Source: Paraspadella gotoi (lineage: Eukaryota > Animalia > Chaetognatha). From it: DNA of 64,000 nucleotides. The stretch covers positions 27,857,158-27,921,157 of the forward strand of contig CM119264.1 in assembly GCA_051294375.1 (NCBI GenBank), in the 5' to 3' direction. The translations under genes were made by a program, and so were the position numbers. Positions 14,105 through 29,309 of the stretch are shown here, piece after piece (within the stretch, counting starts at the first letter, position 1; each line of letters opens with the position of its first letter). The notes below the pieces were generated by a model, which worked only from the letters and a program-made list of their open reading frames with translations, did not search any database and was not told where the DNA came from.

Positions 14105-14564
14105 GAAGGTTCACTTTCCTCTCTGTCTCTGTCTTTCTCCTTTTCTATATTCTAATCATGTCGTCTTCTCGCGACCTAAAACGTTGACAAATGATGAATG
14201 CAAAAGTCGTACTCCGCCCCCGGACGCCAGGGGATGTTCCGCCTCGTCCCGGAACCCACTCTTCTCTCAGCTGCAAACCCTACCTTGGCCGCAGCCACGT
14301 TTTTTATTTGGTTCAAATTGTTAGCCTCGCTGTTTTCTTCTGTCAACCTGTTAGTCTCCTTTTTTGACAATTGTCGTTTTCTTCAAAATTACTTTTAAAA
14401 AAAGATTTCTTTTTTTTCTATTTGCTAAAAGACAAATCAATCGAACTGAACAATACCTTACAGTGTTACACTTACCTTTCAGCCAATACTGTCTTTCTTC
14501 TCAGATTGACACCTGCCGAAAACCGTTTCCTTTCGACGTCAACTTTTGACGCGGGCGTTGAACC

Positions 14565-14948
14565 TTTTTTTAGTCGGTTCTGCTTACAGCGTCCGTCCGT
14601 CCGTCCGTCTGTGCGTCCGACCGTCCGTCCATCTGTCTGTCTGTCTGTCCGTCTGTTCCACCTTAGCAAAAAACACCAATTACTCGTGATTTTATGGATG
14701 GATTGGAATGAAATTTTGTTAGTGGGTAGGAAAGTGTGTGATTGAGCAGAAAATCAAGTTTCGATGGAATCGTCCAAGTGGAAATGAGTTAAAATGAAAA
14801 AAAGAACAATCTATTACACTATTTGATTATGCTTCTTTTATTTTTATATTAAATGTAAATTCAAGCTGCATTAATTGATTATTAATAAATAAGTAACTAA
14901 TTAATTATTTGTAGTCGGACATTGCCTATAAGCATGTCTATTTCAGTT
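14565..14948 (+). mobile_element. HINE/DINE-1-like non-autonomous element (Helentron-associated type)
   Basis: Starts in a T-run, has an internal (GTCC/GTCT)n tract followed by 'aattactc...gattggaatgaaattttg', and ends near 'tttcagtt'. This resembles DINE-1/HINE architecture; subterminal inverted repeats were not clearly identified. Confidence 0.4.
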
Positions 14949-15135
14949 GTGACCCGGTGGCTCATTGAGTAAAGCCATCAGCTCATGACCACTAGGTACC
15001 GGGTTCAATCCCAACCCGGTACCTACCCTGCGGGAAGAGTGAGGACGGCCGCCTTGGGGGCGTGGCAAACCCTTAAGCCTGGTTCCAACCCCAGGACCCG
15101 TTCCATGTCTGCCCACTTAGCGCCTTATCCACATA
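14949..15135 (+). mobile_element. tRNA-derived SINE
   Basis: A-box-like GGTGGCTCATTGAG and B-box GGGTTCAATCCC (15001-15012), followed by a body (gaggacggccg...ctggttccaa...ccaggacccgttc...cgccttatcca) that recurs inverted at ~31404 and ~38241. Confidence 0.75.
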
Positions 15136-15604
15136 TTAATTATTTGTAATTAATTAATTAATTAATTAATAAATTAATTAAATAATTAATTAATTATCTG
15201 ATCAGCTGCTAACCGCTAAGGATCGTGGGCAGATCCGGCATTGTTTGCTCAAACTTGTTTTCTTTGTATGTTAACTGGATTGACATCGGATGTCAACTCG
15301 TGACGACCAAGGGCAACGAAGGGCGAGGGACGGCGTCGTATCTGACCTCATTGCTTCGCTAACTCTTTCCAGTAGAGGCGAGTTTGCATAAGTTTAAAAC
15401 TCCCGGGACCGTTAGTGGATTTTGTAGTATATAAATTAGTTTTCCCAAGGTAAATAATTAATAGTCAATTCGTGACCGAGGCAAATAATATAAAATTATA
15501 CATAATACCATCAGCGAAGCAGAATTCAATGCTGACTGCACATGGCGGGAGAACTGACTCAGAAAACCAAAGGGGCGGCGGAGAAGGGATGGTGAAAGAA
15601 AGAG

Positions 15605-15651
<47 letters not shown>

Positions 15652-16044
15652 TCTGCAGAAATGACGGAAGGACGAACGTGAAAGTTTGAAAAATGAGCGG
15701 ATCATTCTCAAACTCTTACCGATGGAGGTCGCGAGTGGTTGGGGACGAGGGAGGGTGATTGAAGGTGGCGTTGGGATGTTTGGTAGAAAGTGTCAGTGTG
15801 AACACTGTGAACTGTCAAGTTAATGCATTAATTGTGAAAATGGTATAAAATGACGGTTATGGCAATCGGCTGAGAAACGGTGATAATTGTGAATCTTTGA
15901 GGTTGAATTATTTTGCGGGTGATTTGATAGTTTGATCTTTGACATTTATAGTCGTAAGTTCTGGGTGAATTTTGAAACAAAAGTATGTTAAGGACAAAAA
16001 ATATTGATGGGGCTAATTAAAAATTGAAATTCTAGAATAAGTGA

Positions 16045-16097
<53 letters not shown>

Positions 16098-16636
16098 AAG
16101 AAATGAGGTGGAAAAAAAAGGAGATTGATGAGTGGATAAATATGCGGAGGAGAAAATCTGAGATATTAGAGATTAGAGCGAAGATGAGAAAAGAGAGAGA
16201 GAGAGAAAAATTGGAAGAGAGATAAAATGAAAGAATTAAAATGGAAATTAGGTTAAATGAAGAAATTAAAATGAAAATTAGATAAAATGAAGCAATTAAA
16301 ATAGAAAATAAATGAAATTAAGAAATAAAAATTAAAATGAGGTGAAATGAAGAAATTATAGTGAAAAATAGATGAAATTAAAACATAATGAAAGATACAG
16401 AAATGAAATTTCATTTAATAGAAATTAAATGAATGAAAAAAGTTGGAAGTAATGAAAAGATTAAAATAAAATTGAATAAGATGAAGAAGTTACTACGGAA
16501 TTAGGTAAAGAAGTTACAATAGTTACAACAGAAATTAGACTAAAGTAAAACGAAAAAAAAATTTATTGATAAAAAGGGGAGATGAAATAAATACTTGATT
16601 AATGAAAACAATATGAAAGAAAAGAGAAAGAGAGAT

Positions 16637-16720
<84 letters not shown>

Positions 16721-17029
16721 AAGTGAGAGGAGAGTGCAGGTACACGAACGGCAAGGTTAAAATGCAACAAAGGAGCCGGAAAGGGAACGAAGAAGAAAGA
16801 AAAACGGAGAGAATGAAGAGAAAGAAAATGGTTTGGCTGTTATGAATACAAAAGGATTATAGAGGCAGTAAGGCGGAAGATTGTGAAGGTCAACGGTTGA
16901 TTAAAGAGGGAGAGAGAGAGAGAGAGAAGAGTGAGAGAGAAGAGAGAGAGAGAGAGAGAAGAGAGATGGAAAGGGGGCAAAAGTATAGAGAGTATAGATG
17001 AGAGATGAGAGAGTAAAGTTAAGAAGAGA

Positions 17030-18231
17030 GAGAGTAGAAATAAAGAGAGAGACAGAGGACAGAGAGAAACAAGAGAGAAAGAAAGAGAGATGCTTACAAA
17101 ACTACTTAAAAACACTGTCGGCTCAGGCTCTGAAATAACGTTTACTTATCCTTCACCTTTTTCCCCATTACCTCCTCCGACGGATTCCATAATATTAAAC
17201 CGTTATCCGTTAAAGAAAAATATATTATAGATCATCGATTCTTGTAAAGTTGGTTAAAGATTAATAATGAAAGCGCATTATAGCGCCCGTTCCGGGTTGG
17301 GGGGGGGGTGGCCCCCGGCCCACCGTTTTGTCGGGAAGACAGATGTAAATACACCACACTTTGCAAAGCCGGTAAACAGACGTAGGAGGATAAATGATGG
17401 TTGGAAATCGTCACGGCCGCCTCCCCCCGGGGATGGGGGGAGTAAGGGAAAAAGGGAAGTGGGGACGCGGTGGGTAGGCGTGGGTCGGGCTGGGTAGGGC
17501 CAGTGTGGGGGGGAACAGATCGAGTCGCAAATGATGAGAGTAGAAAGACTCCAAACAAAGGATGACCTCGTTGGGGTGGGAGGGGTCGAGGGGGGGGAGG
17601 AAGATTTACGAGATGAGAAGGAAAAAAAAATGGGAATTGGAATCTTGGAGGAAAGAAAGGAAAGGAAAGGAGAAGGAATAGAAAAGGAAAGGAATGGAAT
17701 GAAAGAAGAAAGGAATAGGAGAAAAGAAAAGAAAGGAGAGGAGCGGGAAAGGATAGGAAAGAAAAGGATAAAAAGGAAAGAAAAAGAAAGGAAAAGGAAG
17801 AGGAATATGAAAGGAAAGAATAGGAAGGAAAGGAAGAGGAAAGGAAAGAAAGGAAAGGAAATCAAGAGGAAAGTCAAAAGAAGAAAGAGGAGAAGAAAGA
17901 AAAGAAATGAGAGAGGAGAGGGGAAGGAAGGAAAGATAAAAGAAAGGGAAAGATGTAATAAAACTAAAAGAAAAAAAATAGGTAATAAGAAGAAAAAAAA
18001 GAAAAGAATAAGAAAAGAAGAGAAAAAGAGAAGAAATTAGGGAGCTAAAGAGGGGCGAGTGGGCATAAATTAAGGAAACTCGGTGTGTTGTTTTTATCTC
18101 TGACGACAGTCTCTTTAAAAAGAGTGACAAATCCTTCAAAGAAGACTCGTCCACCGAGAGGTACAGTGAGGAAAAGCAAGAAGAGATATACGAGAGAAGG
18201 AGAAAAATAGAGAGAGAAGAGAGAGAGAGAG

Positions 18232-18263
<32 letters not shown>

Positions 18264-21024
18264 GCAAACATTTGGCGAGATTCACTAATCGGTCTTACGC
18301 GCTTTAAACTGTTTCGGCATCACAGGGAAAGAACTGTGGAACATTTCTTTCTCATTCTCAAATCACGCCGATATAAAAGTCCCTCTCCCCGCCGAACTTA
18401 CTTCTTGTAGTCTTCACAAAATGATCACTTACTTCTTCGCTCAACTATTCACCGCACGATTTTAAAACATTTTTTTTACTCTGACTCTCTTTGCCTGTTT
18501 TATTTGGCGTTATCGATATTGTCTAATTAATTGGCATTCCTAATCAACCATTATTATTCTCCTGCCTTGACGAATCACACTTTCACTGAAACTTCACTTT
18601 CTACTTTTACTCACCTCTCATATTCACTCTTTTAACGCACCTTCTCCATTAAACTTTTCATTCACCCTTCACATTCACAATTTCACACACCTCTTTCCTC
18701 CCTCACATCCATTGAGTCCTTTTCAATCGCTTTTTTCTCTGGAGAAAAAAATATTTGTTACTCGATCCGCTGTTTTTTTTTTCTCCGATTCACTTCTCCA
18801 TCTCCTTCTTGTCTCTTCATTCTCCTTCTTTCTTCCATTCTCCTCTTTTTCTTTCATGGCTACTGTATCTTCAAATTTATATTTTGAGTATTTTTTACCT
18901 CCTTTATGTTTGGTCCATGGTACTTCTCTTTTCACTTTCCTTATTTAGCCATTTTCCATTCTCCCTACTTGCATCATTTACGCATTTCCGTTCCCTACAC
19001 TCGCATATTTAAGCTCCTATTTTCACTTAATATCGTCTATATTTTTCTATACAGTTTTTTTTATTCTTGCCATTTTTTTTATTTTTATATTATTTTATTA
19101 TTTTCTTTATAAATTTTCTTTTTCCTTTCTCACTTTCTTTCTGACTTTTATAACAAGGCAACGAAAAAATCGGGATTTATCGCGAGTCCTCTCATCTCTC
19201 TCTCTCTCACACTCTCTCTCCTCAAATACGCGGTGACTCCTCCCTCTGAACAACCGAAATGTATCGGGAAAGAAAATAAATGATATCAAATGAAGAAATG
19301 CCAATTGAGCCGAAACGTGTCGATGACCGGCATCTGACGCCAATCTAGAGTCATTCAATTTGTCGTAAATCTCTCATGAAAGGTCAAAAAACACCGAAAG
19401 GAAGGATATGCGATGTATAAAGGTTTTTCCTTACAAGTCGAATTCTTAATCTACCCATTATAACGTATCAGCAAGATTCTTTAAAAATTAACAAAAGAAA
19501 AGCGATTTATCGAATCCACGTGAGGTTTTATTGGAAATAAATTTTTGGGTGAGAAAAAAAAAAATAACGGGAAATTTCTGCTAAGCGGGAGGATTTCGCC
19601 ATGAGTGATGAAAACGTTTCATAGTAAATGAGGCCTGGATAATTGTTAGCCAGCTATTATAAATTAAATGTAGTTTTATTTTTTAAAAAAAATTTCAAAA
19701 CAATCCTGTCAGAATTATACATATGCAGTATAGTCAATAAGTGGATAGTAATAGTATGAAATTGTAGCATACAATATAAAATTATCCATTCATTTAATGA
19801 ATAAGTCCTATCTTGTCCCTGATATTGGACAGCTTTGGTTGGTTTAAGGCCTTCCATCACTCTTACAAGATAATGACAATAGCAAGCTTTCAATCAGAAC
19901 CTCTCACAGTCGCGTTTATTCACTCCAGAGTTTATAATAGTAATAATAGTATAAATAATGAGTATATACATAGTATATTAAAATTATTACGGTAACCTGT
20001 GGTTGGTTACAGTATAGTAAAGTGAAATAAAGGTTTTTAGAAGAAAAATAAAAAGTGAGAGATCTTAAGAAGAGTCAACGCGAAAGTTCAGCGGAGCGAC
20101 ATCAAACATTGTGAATTTGTGATTGTGATTGCCATCGATTTATAGAACCAAAAAAATCGATTCTATTTTTATTTTCCGAGAAGGAATAAAGTTCACTTCT
20201 CTCAAAGATGAAGGAAAACCTTTTATATATTCCTTATAACAAGATACAATATCTTTAAACAAACGTTTTGTTTAAAGCAAGAATAACGTAATTATTGTTT
20301 AAACAACGAAATTTTTGAATTTTTACTTTGAACATTCGTTTGTTATAAATAAATAAATAAAACAATTTCAAAACGCAATGAAACAGAAAAAAATATACAT
20401 AATTACATAAATATTTAAAAAAAAAAAAAATTTCCGGCTGTTAAAATTTATCACGGCGCGTCATTCGTAAATAATCAATAATAAATAATAAATAATAATA
20501 AAATAATAATAAATAATAATAATATAATAAATTAATGATAATAATAATAAATAATAAATAATAAATAATAATAATATCCTAATTTTCATCCTCCACTTGA
20601 TAATTTATTATTTAATATTGAAATGAATTAATTTTGTACACGTCATCCCCCTTGATAAAAAGTCGTCCATGCCTCGACTGAGTCTTTGTCGCTTTATTTT
20701 TTTGGCGGCGAAAGGATGAAAGGCGGCGGCGGCGAAAAGATGAAAGGCGGCGGCAAAGATGAAAGAGTTGGACGGGCGGATGCAACGCGGCGGTCAATAA
20801 CGCCGCTCAACTGGGTCAAACACACGTATTGAGAAGAGAGGAGGGAGAGAGAGTGAAATGGGCGGGTCCGACGGGATGGAGAGAGAGTGGGGATGGAATG
20901 ATGAGAGTCATTGGTCATGGGAGGAGAAGAAGACGAATGATGCTGCCATCTGCCTCAAAAATATAGTTAAAGAAGACAGGGGTGTAAAGTAATTAATAAT
21001 AACAATACATAATGATAATGATAA

Positions 21025-21058
<34 letters not shown>

Positions 21059-23297
21059 TATAATAATAATAATAATAATAAATATAAAATAAATTCATAT
21101 AATAATATATAATGAATAATAATATATATAATAATAATATTAAAATAGATAAATAGTATCTTTTTGGTAATGCACATTATGAAGCCAAAAAAGGCATTAC
21201 ACTCGGTCAACCTTCCGTCAACTTTTTATTTAATTACTTCATATTTCACACTTGTAATAAAACACCGCGAGTGAACGATCGGTTACCTGAGAGGCGACGG
21301 TTAAACACGACTCTCGCGTGACGAGGCGATCGCAACGGGGAGTGAAAATCTGTGAAAGGGAGGGTCTGCATCCGGAGGATGGAAGAAAGGAGTCGTGAAA
21401 AGCAGAGAATTCGCCACCTACCCCCTCCGCCTCCGCCGCGAGATGTGAAGGATAAAAAAAAGCGTTGAAAAGACATGTTTTCGGGGTCAACGAGGGCGTG
21501 ACCCTCGCGTGAAGGGTGAGGGGGGGAGGGGGAAGAGAGCAATTGTGGGGGGGGCGAGGGTCAGGATTTTTCTAAGAACAGAGATGGAGGTTTTTATTCC
21601 GAAAAGAGGATAGACTCTCTTGTGGGTCAGGTGATTTGTTATTTTATTGATGGCTTGAAATGATAAAAAGCGACCCATGAGGTACTGCGGGTGGTTATGA
21701 AAAATCAGTGAAGCTTTCTTTGTTGGTTTGTTTTTGTTGCCTTTTGCTGTCGGAGAAGTGGGTCTTTGAATCTAGACTGACTGGACTAATTCTGCGCATT
21801 CAAAACCAGATGGAATTGGGTAATAAAAGGGCGCCAGAAGGGAGACGTAATGGCCGCCGTCCATGCGCCCTGGAGATTGCGGACGACTTAAAGTCTCAGT
21901 AGACGGGGACGTCGGCTAAGGCCGAAAATGACGACTGTCCACTAAGCCCAGGACTTGAACTGAAAGTGTTCTGTAGTAAGTCTGATGCGTGTAGCTTTGA
22001 TTGTAGTGCCGTAGCTGTTTTTGTAGCTGTAAGAGGTCGTAGTAGATATCCTTTTTTGATTGGGTGCAATTTTAGAATTAAACAAAACATTATCACAACT
22101 TCCAGCAAATTATGATATAAATTTTTTAAAGTGTCTTTCTTACTTGTTTCTGAAACCCAATATTTAACNNNNNNNNNNNNNNNNNNNNNNNNNAAGTAGA
22201 AAGAGAGATAGAAATAAAGAGAGAGACAGAGACAGAGAGAAACAGAGAGAAAGAAAGAGAGATCTTACAAACTACTTAAAAACACTCGGCCTCAGGCTCT
22301 GAAATAACGTTTACTTAATCCTTCACCTTTTCCCATTACCTCCGACGGATTTCCATAAATTAACCGTCACCGGTTAAAAAAAAATGTATATAGATACATC
22401 GATTCTTGGTAAATTGGTTAAAGATTAATAATGAAAGCGATTATAGCGCCGTCGTGGGTGGCGGCACGTGCGGGAGACAGATTAAATACCCACACTTTGA
22501 AAGCCGGTAAACAGACGAGGAGGATAAATGGGTTGGAATCGTNNNNNNNNNNNNNNNNNNNNNNNNNNNNNNNNNNNNNNNNNNNNNNNNNNNNNNNNNN
22601 NNNNNNNNNNNNNNNNNNNNNNNNNNNNNNNNNNNNNNNNNNNNNNNNNNNNNNNNNNNNNNNNNNNNNNNNNNNNNNNNNNNNNNNNNNNNNNNNNNNN
22701 NNNNNNNNNNNNNNNNNNNNNNNNNNNNNNNNNNNNNNNNNNNNNNNNNNNNNNNAGAAGAAAAGAGAAAAATTGGAATTGAGAATCTTGGAGGAAAAGA
22801 AAAGGAAAGGAAAGGAGAGGAATAGAAAGGAAAGGAATGGAATGGAAAAGAAAGGAAAGGAATGGAAAAGAAAAGAAAGGAGAGGAGCGGAAAGGATAGG
22901 AAAGAAAAGGAATAAAAAGGAAAAGAAAAGAAAGGAAAGGAGAGGAAATGAAAGGAAAGGAAAGGAAAGGAAAGGAAAGGAAAGGAAAGGAAAGGAAATC
23001 AAAGGAAATCAAAGGAAAGAAAGAGGAAAGAAGAGAAAAGAAATGAGAGGAGAGGAAGGGAAGGAAAGAAAAGAAAGGGAAAGATGTAAATAAAACTAAA
23101 AGAAAAAAAAAGTAATAAGAGAAAAGAAAAGAAAAGAAAAGAAAAGAAGAGAAAAAAGAGAAGAAATTAGGGCTAAAAAGAGGGCGGATAAATAAGGAAA
23201 CTCGGTGTTTGTTTTTATCGCTGACGACAGTTCTCTTTAAAAAAGAGTGACAAATCCCTTAAAAGATGCCTCCGAGACGTGAGGAAAACAAGAGAAA

Positions 23298-23387
<90 letters not shown>

Positions 23388-25528
23388 CAAACATTTGGCG
23401 ATTCACTTATCGGTCTTCCGCTTTACTTGGTTTCTGCATTTCACGAGGGAAGAGACTGTGGAACAATTTCTTTCCTCATTCTCAACTCACCCTGATATAA
23501 AAGTCCCTCCTCCCGCCGAACTTACTTGCTTGTGTCTTCACAAAATGACTCACCTTCTTCGCTCAACTCATTCACCACGATTTTAAAACATTTTTTTTTA
23601 CTCTGACTCTCTTTGCCTGTTTTATTTGCTTATGATATTGTCTTACCCTTAAATGTGCATTCTAATAAACATTATACTCCTCTTGACGATCACACTTTCA
23701 CTGACACTCACTTTCTACTTTTACTCACCCTCATATTCACTCTTTTAACCACCTCTCACATTAACACTTTCATTCACCCTCACATTCACAATTTCACCAC
23801 CTCTTTCCCTTCCTCACATCCATTGTCTTTTCAACCTTTTTTCTCTGGAGAAAAAAAATATTTGTTACTCGATCCGCTTGGTTTTTCTTTTCTCCGATTC
23901 ACTTCCATTCTCCTTCTTTCTCTTCCATTCTCCTTCTTTCTCTTCCATTCTCCTTCTTTTTCTTTCATGCTACTTATCTTTCAATTTTATATTGTATTTT
24001 TTACTCTCCTTTATGTTTGGTCCATGTACTTCTCTTTTCACTTTCCTTATTTACCATTTTCCATTCTCCTACTGCATCATTTACCATTTCTTTCCCTACA
24101 TCGCATATTTAAGCTCCTATTTTCACTATAATCTCTATATTTTTCTATCAATTTTTTTTATTCTTGCCATTTTTTTTATTTTATTTATTTTATTTATTTC
24201 TCTTTATAAATTTTTCTTTTTCTTTCTCACTTTCTTTCTTACTTTTTATAACAAGGCAACGAAAAAATCGGATTTATCGGAGTCTCTCACTCTCTCTCTC
24301 TCTCCCACTCTCTCTCTCAAATGCGGTGACTCTCCCTCTGAACACCGAAATGTATCGGGAAAGAAATAAATGATATCAAGAAGAAATTCCAATTGGACCG
24401 AAACGTCGATGACCGGCATCTGACGCCATCTAGAGTCATCAATTTGTCGGTAAATCTCTCACTGAAAGGTCAAAAAACCGAAAGGAAGGATATGCGATGG
24501 ATAAAAGGTTTTTCCTTACAGTCGAATCTTAATCTACCCATTATACGTATCAGGCAAGATTCTGAAAATTTAAAAAGAAAGCGATTTATCGAATCCAGCG
24601 TGAGGTTTTATTGGAAATAAATTTTTGGGTGAGAAAAAAAAATAACGGGAAATTTCTGCTAAGGGGAGGATTTCCCATGAGTGATGAAACGTTTCAATAG
24701 TAAATAGGCTGGGATAATTTGTAGGCCGCTATTATAAATTATATGTAGTTTATTTTTAAAAAAATTCAAAACAATCCTGTCCAGAATTACTACATATGCA
24801 GTATAGTATAGTATAGTATAGTATGAAATTGGTACAACCAATATAAAAATTATCCATTCATTTAATGAATAAGCTATCTTGTCCCTGATATTGGACAGGC
24901 TTTGGTGGTTTAAGGCCTCCATCACTCTTACAAGATAATGACATAGCAAGCTTTCAATCAAGACTCTCTCACAGTCCCGTTTATTCACTCCCAGAGTTTA
25001 TAATAGTATATAATAGTATATAATAGTATATAATAGTATATTAAAATTATTAGCGGGTACCTGTGTTGGTACAGTATAGTAAAGTGAAATAAAGGTTTTG
25101 TGAGAAGAAAATAAAAAGTGAGAGAATTTAAAAGAGTCACGAAAGTTCACGGAGCGACATCAACGATTGTGAATTTGTGATTGTGATTGCCATCGATTTA
25201 TAGAACCAAAAAAATCGATTCTATTTTATTTTCGAAGGAAAATAAAGTTCACTTCTCTCAAAGATGAGGAAAACCTTTTATATATTCTTATAACAAAGAT
25301 TACAATATCTTTTAACAAACGTTTTGTTTAAAGCAAGAAAACTGTATTATTGTTTAAAACAACGAATTTTGAATTTTTACTTTGAACATTCGTTGTTATA
25401 AATAAATAAAATAAAACAATTTCAAAACGCAATGAAACAAAAGAAATTACTAAATTACTAAATATTTAAAAAAAAAAAAAATTTCCGGCTGTTAAAATTT
25501 ATCACGGCGCGTCATTAGGTAAATAATA

Positions 25529-25589
<61 letters not shown>

Positions 25590-26083
25590 TAATGATAATA
25601 ATAATAATAATAATAAATAATAAATAATAATAATATCCTAATTTTCATCCTCCACTTGATATTTATTTATTTAATATTGAAATGTGAATTAATTTTGTAC
25701 CACGTCATCCCCTTGATAAAAAGTCGTCCAAGCCTCGACTGAGTCTTTGTCGGCTTTATTTTTTTGGCGGCGAAAGATGAAAGGCGGCGGCGGCGAAAGA
25801 TGAAAGGCGGCGGCAAAGGATGAAAGAGTTGACGGGGCGGATGAAACGCGGCGGTCAATAAACGCCGCCAACGGGTCAAAACACACGGTATTGAGAAGAG
25901 CGGAGGGAGAGAGAGTGAATGGGCGGGTCCGACGGGATGGAGAGAGAGTGGGATGAATGATGGATGGTCATTGGTCAATGGGAGGAGAGAAGAGACGATG
26001 ATGCTGCCATCTGCCTCAAAAATATAGGTTAAAGAAGACAGGGGTGTAAGTAATTATAATAACAATAATAATGATAATGATAA

Positions 26084-26152
<69 letters not shown>

Positions 26153-26166
26153 TAATAATAATAATC

Positions 26167-26211
<45 letters not shown>

Positions 26212-26807
26212 TTAATAATAATAATAGTATCTTTTTGGTAATGCCTATTATGAGCCAAAAAAAAGGCAGTTACACTCGGTCAACCTTTCCTGTCAACTTT
26301 TATTTATTACTTCATATTTCACACTTGTATAAAACACCGCGAGTGAACGATCGGTTCACCGTGAGAGGCGACGTTAAATCACGACTCTCGCGTGACGAGG
26401 CGATCGCACGGGGAGTGAAAATCTGTGAAAGGGAGGGTCTGCATTCCGAGGATGGAGGAAAGTCGTGAAAGCAGAATTCGCCCCTACCCCCTCCGCCGGC
26501 GAGATGTGAAGGATAAAAAAGCGTGAAAGACTGTTTTCGGGGTCAACGAGGGCGTGACCCTCGCGTGAAGGGTGAGGGGGGGAAGGGGTGAAGAGAGTCC
26601 TAGAATTTGGGGGGGGCGAAGGGTTCGGATTTTCTAGAACAGAGATGAGGTTTTTATTCCGAAAAGAGGGAGTAGTACTCTCTTGTGGGTCAGGTGATTG
26701 TTTTATTTATTGATGTTGAAATGATAAAGCGACATGAGGTACTGGGGTGGTTATGAAAAAATCAGTGAAGCTTCTTTGTTGGTTGTTGGTTGCCTTTCTG
26801 TCGGAGA
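17030..26807. repeat. ~4.7-kb tandem near-duplicate (17030-21757 vs 22194-26807) separated by a 25-N gap
   Basis: Colinear throughout; the first copy is richer in insertions. Confidence 0.9.
24255..24599 (+). other. Candidate coding exon (duplicate at ~19157-19520)
   Basis: Bounded by ttttataacaag| and |gtgagg. Open for ~115 codons (ATKKSDLSES...KRKRFIESS) if one A-run is corrected using the other copy. No recognisable domain. Confidence 0.25.
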
Positions 26808-27128
26808 TGGAAGTTTTTGAGTTCCAATGGTAGATTTCTTATAGCTTAGCGCAGATATTAAGGATTTGAGACATGTGTAACGTTTAACGCATCTATAACA
26901 CAAGCAACGTACGACGAATAAGGAAAGGTAATGTAACAATTAGAAGTTGGAATTTAAAGTAAAGCAGAGGTTGTTTTAAGATTCTTTAGATTATATATAA
27001 ATTTGTGTTCAAGTTGATAAAACTCGCGCGTCGCAAAAAAAATGTGACGCAAATGCAACGAAAAAAAAAATCATTAATCCCAAGTCTCATTCGAACCATT
27101 TGGGTCGGGGACAAAGCTACTATTGACT

Positions 27129-27235
<107 letters not shown>

Positions 27236-27342
27236 CATTGGACGTACACGTCATTTGCACGGGCGAAACCTTTCCCGTTTGCAGTTGTTGTGTCCACTCT
27301 CTGCTAAGGGGTTGAGGGAGAGAGAGAAAGAGAGAGAGAGAA

Positions 27343-27407
<65 letters not shown>

Positions 27408-28436
27408 CTAAGGGATTGAGGGATGGAGGTGGAAGCGACTTATTTTATTTTTTTCATTTTAGTTTTATAAATGAGAATTCTTGGTTAAGTAGAGTAAAAG
27501 TTAAGCGCCATCTGGAGACAACTATAAAACGTAATACTTAACAAAAAAAAAGCAAAGCTTGGCTTGCATTTCACGACCTAATTCAAACCATCTGATAATA
27601 ATTATAAAAAAAATTTTGTCAATGTTTAAAAAAAAAATAACAAAAATTCAATCAATCTGTAAATCTCTCTCTCTGTCTCTCTCTCTATCTCTCTCCCTCT
27701 CTCTCTCTCTCCCCTTATATTCTTTCTATTCCATCTCCAAAAAAAACTAACAAAGATGAACACACGTTATGAAATATTTCCTCTTCTCCGCCAAAAAATC
27801 CTCTCTTCTTTCGATTCGCATAATGATGGCCGCTGATGCGAGGGGCTTTCATTTGATGTCCCCTAATGATCGAGTGTTGTGATGAAACACGAAATAAAAA
27901 GAGAGAGAGAGTTGTCAGAAGCGAGAGAAAAGGGAAATTCATTTTTTTTTACTTCAAAAAACGAGGATTCGAATCTTTTTACTCGATACAATATTATTTA
28001 CAATACAATACTTGTGAAATATTATCCCTGCAGCCTACATTTTAACCTCTTTTTCTCTCTCTCTCTCGATTACGTTTTTGGTTGTATCTGAGTCGTATTT
28101 GACCTGTCCTTTATTAGTCGGTCTGATATCTTTGTCTGGTCACCTCGAAATTTACTGACTCTACAAGGAGCGGGTATTGTCTAGAAAGCGAGAAAACACT
28201 TTCACATTAATATTTAACTCAATGCCAATTACGGAACAAAATGTGTTCCAAAATGCAACGATCTGAGTTAAGCGGAACCCGCGTCCTACAGCCATCCGCA
28301 GCAGCATCCGCAGCAATCGGTGCTGCTACAACCTGACGGGGCGACGCAGCCTCGAAACAAAAAAGCCGCATAATTAATGACGATTCTCTCTGGGCGCAAA
28401 GAGGGTCCGAGGTTTACGAGGGTTATAACGTGAGAG

Positions 28437-28476
<40 letters not shown>

Positions 28477-28709
28477 GCATTAGGAATCAGAGAGGAGAAA
28501 AAAAAAACTTAATTAAAAATGGAAAGAGGGAATTAATCCGGACGCTAGTCAACCGTTTTGAAGGAGGATCACTTTGACTCTTTTTTTAAATATCTAATGA
28601 AAAAAATAATATCAATTCATTTAAAATAGTATAAATAGAAACGAAACATAGAAACTATGAACAAGTGCGCTTAAACATTTTAAAGCTGGAATCACGAACT
28701 GAGGTTGAA

Positions 28710-28779
<70 letters not shown>

Positions 28780-29061
28780 TCTCTTCTCTCTCTCTCTCTC
28801 TCTCACACCTATTTCACGGGTGCCAGAGAACCTTTGAAAAAAAAACATACCGTAAGGAAGATTTTTTACAGTCTTTCCGCTTTTATGCAAATTTTTCGAC
28901 TTTTAATTTCACCCCGAAAATTACAGCGTGAAAAGAATAAGAAATAATCATTCTCAAAGTCTGTCTCTCTCTCTCTCTCTTTCTTTTCTTTTTTCTTTCT
29001 TTCTTTCTTCTTTCTTTCTTTCTCTCTCTCTCTCTTCTTTTTCTTCTTTCTTTCTTTCTTT

Positions 29062-29100
<39 letters not shown>

Positions 29101-29309
29101 CTTCTTTCTTCTTTCTTTCTTTCTTTCTTCTCTCTCTCTCTCTCTCTCTCTCACAACACTCATTCTCTCTCTCCCTTCCCCTCAGACGCCTTTCCACGTT
29201 TAACAGCAAAAAAATATCCTGTTTAAACAAAATAACGACTCAGGAAAAAAAAAACTAATAACGTAGCTCGAGAAAAAAAAAAAGGAAAAAAAAAAAATAA
29301 GGAAAAAAA

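Noticed and set aside
14949-15020. Genuine tRNA gene
   Set aside because: A/B boxes are present but there is no complete cloverleaf, and it continues into a repeated SINE body.
17278-18271. Lys/Arg/Glu-rich and Phe/Leu-rich overlapping ORFs (also 22418-23093)
   Set aside because: Purine-rich (GGAAA)n-type repeats and N gaps.
28300-28436. Exon-like GC-rich block with cag| and |gtaaga
   Set aside because: All three frames are closed unless an indel is assumed, and no partner exons or homology were recognised.
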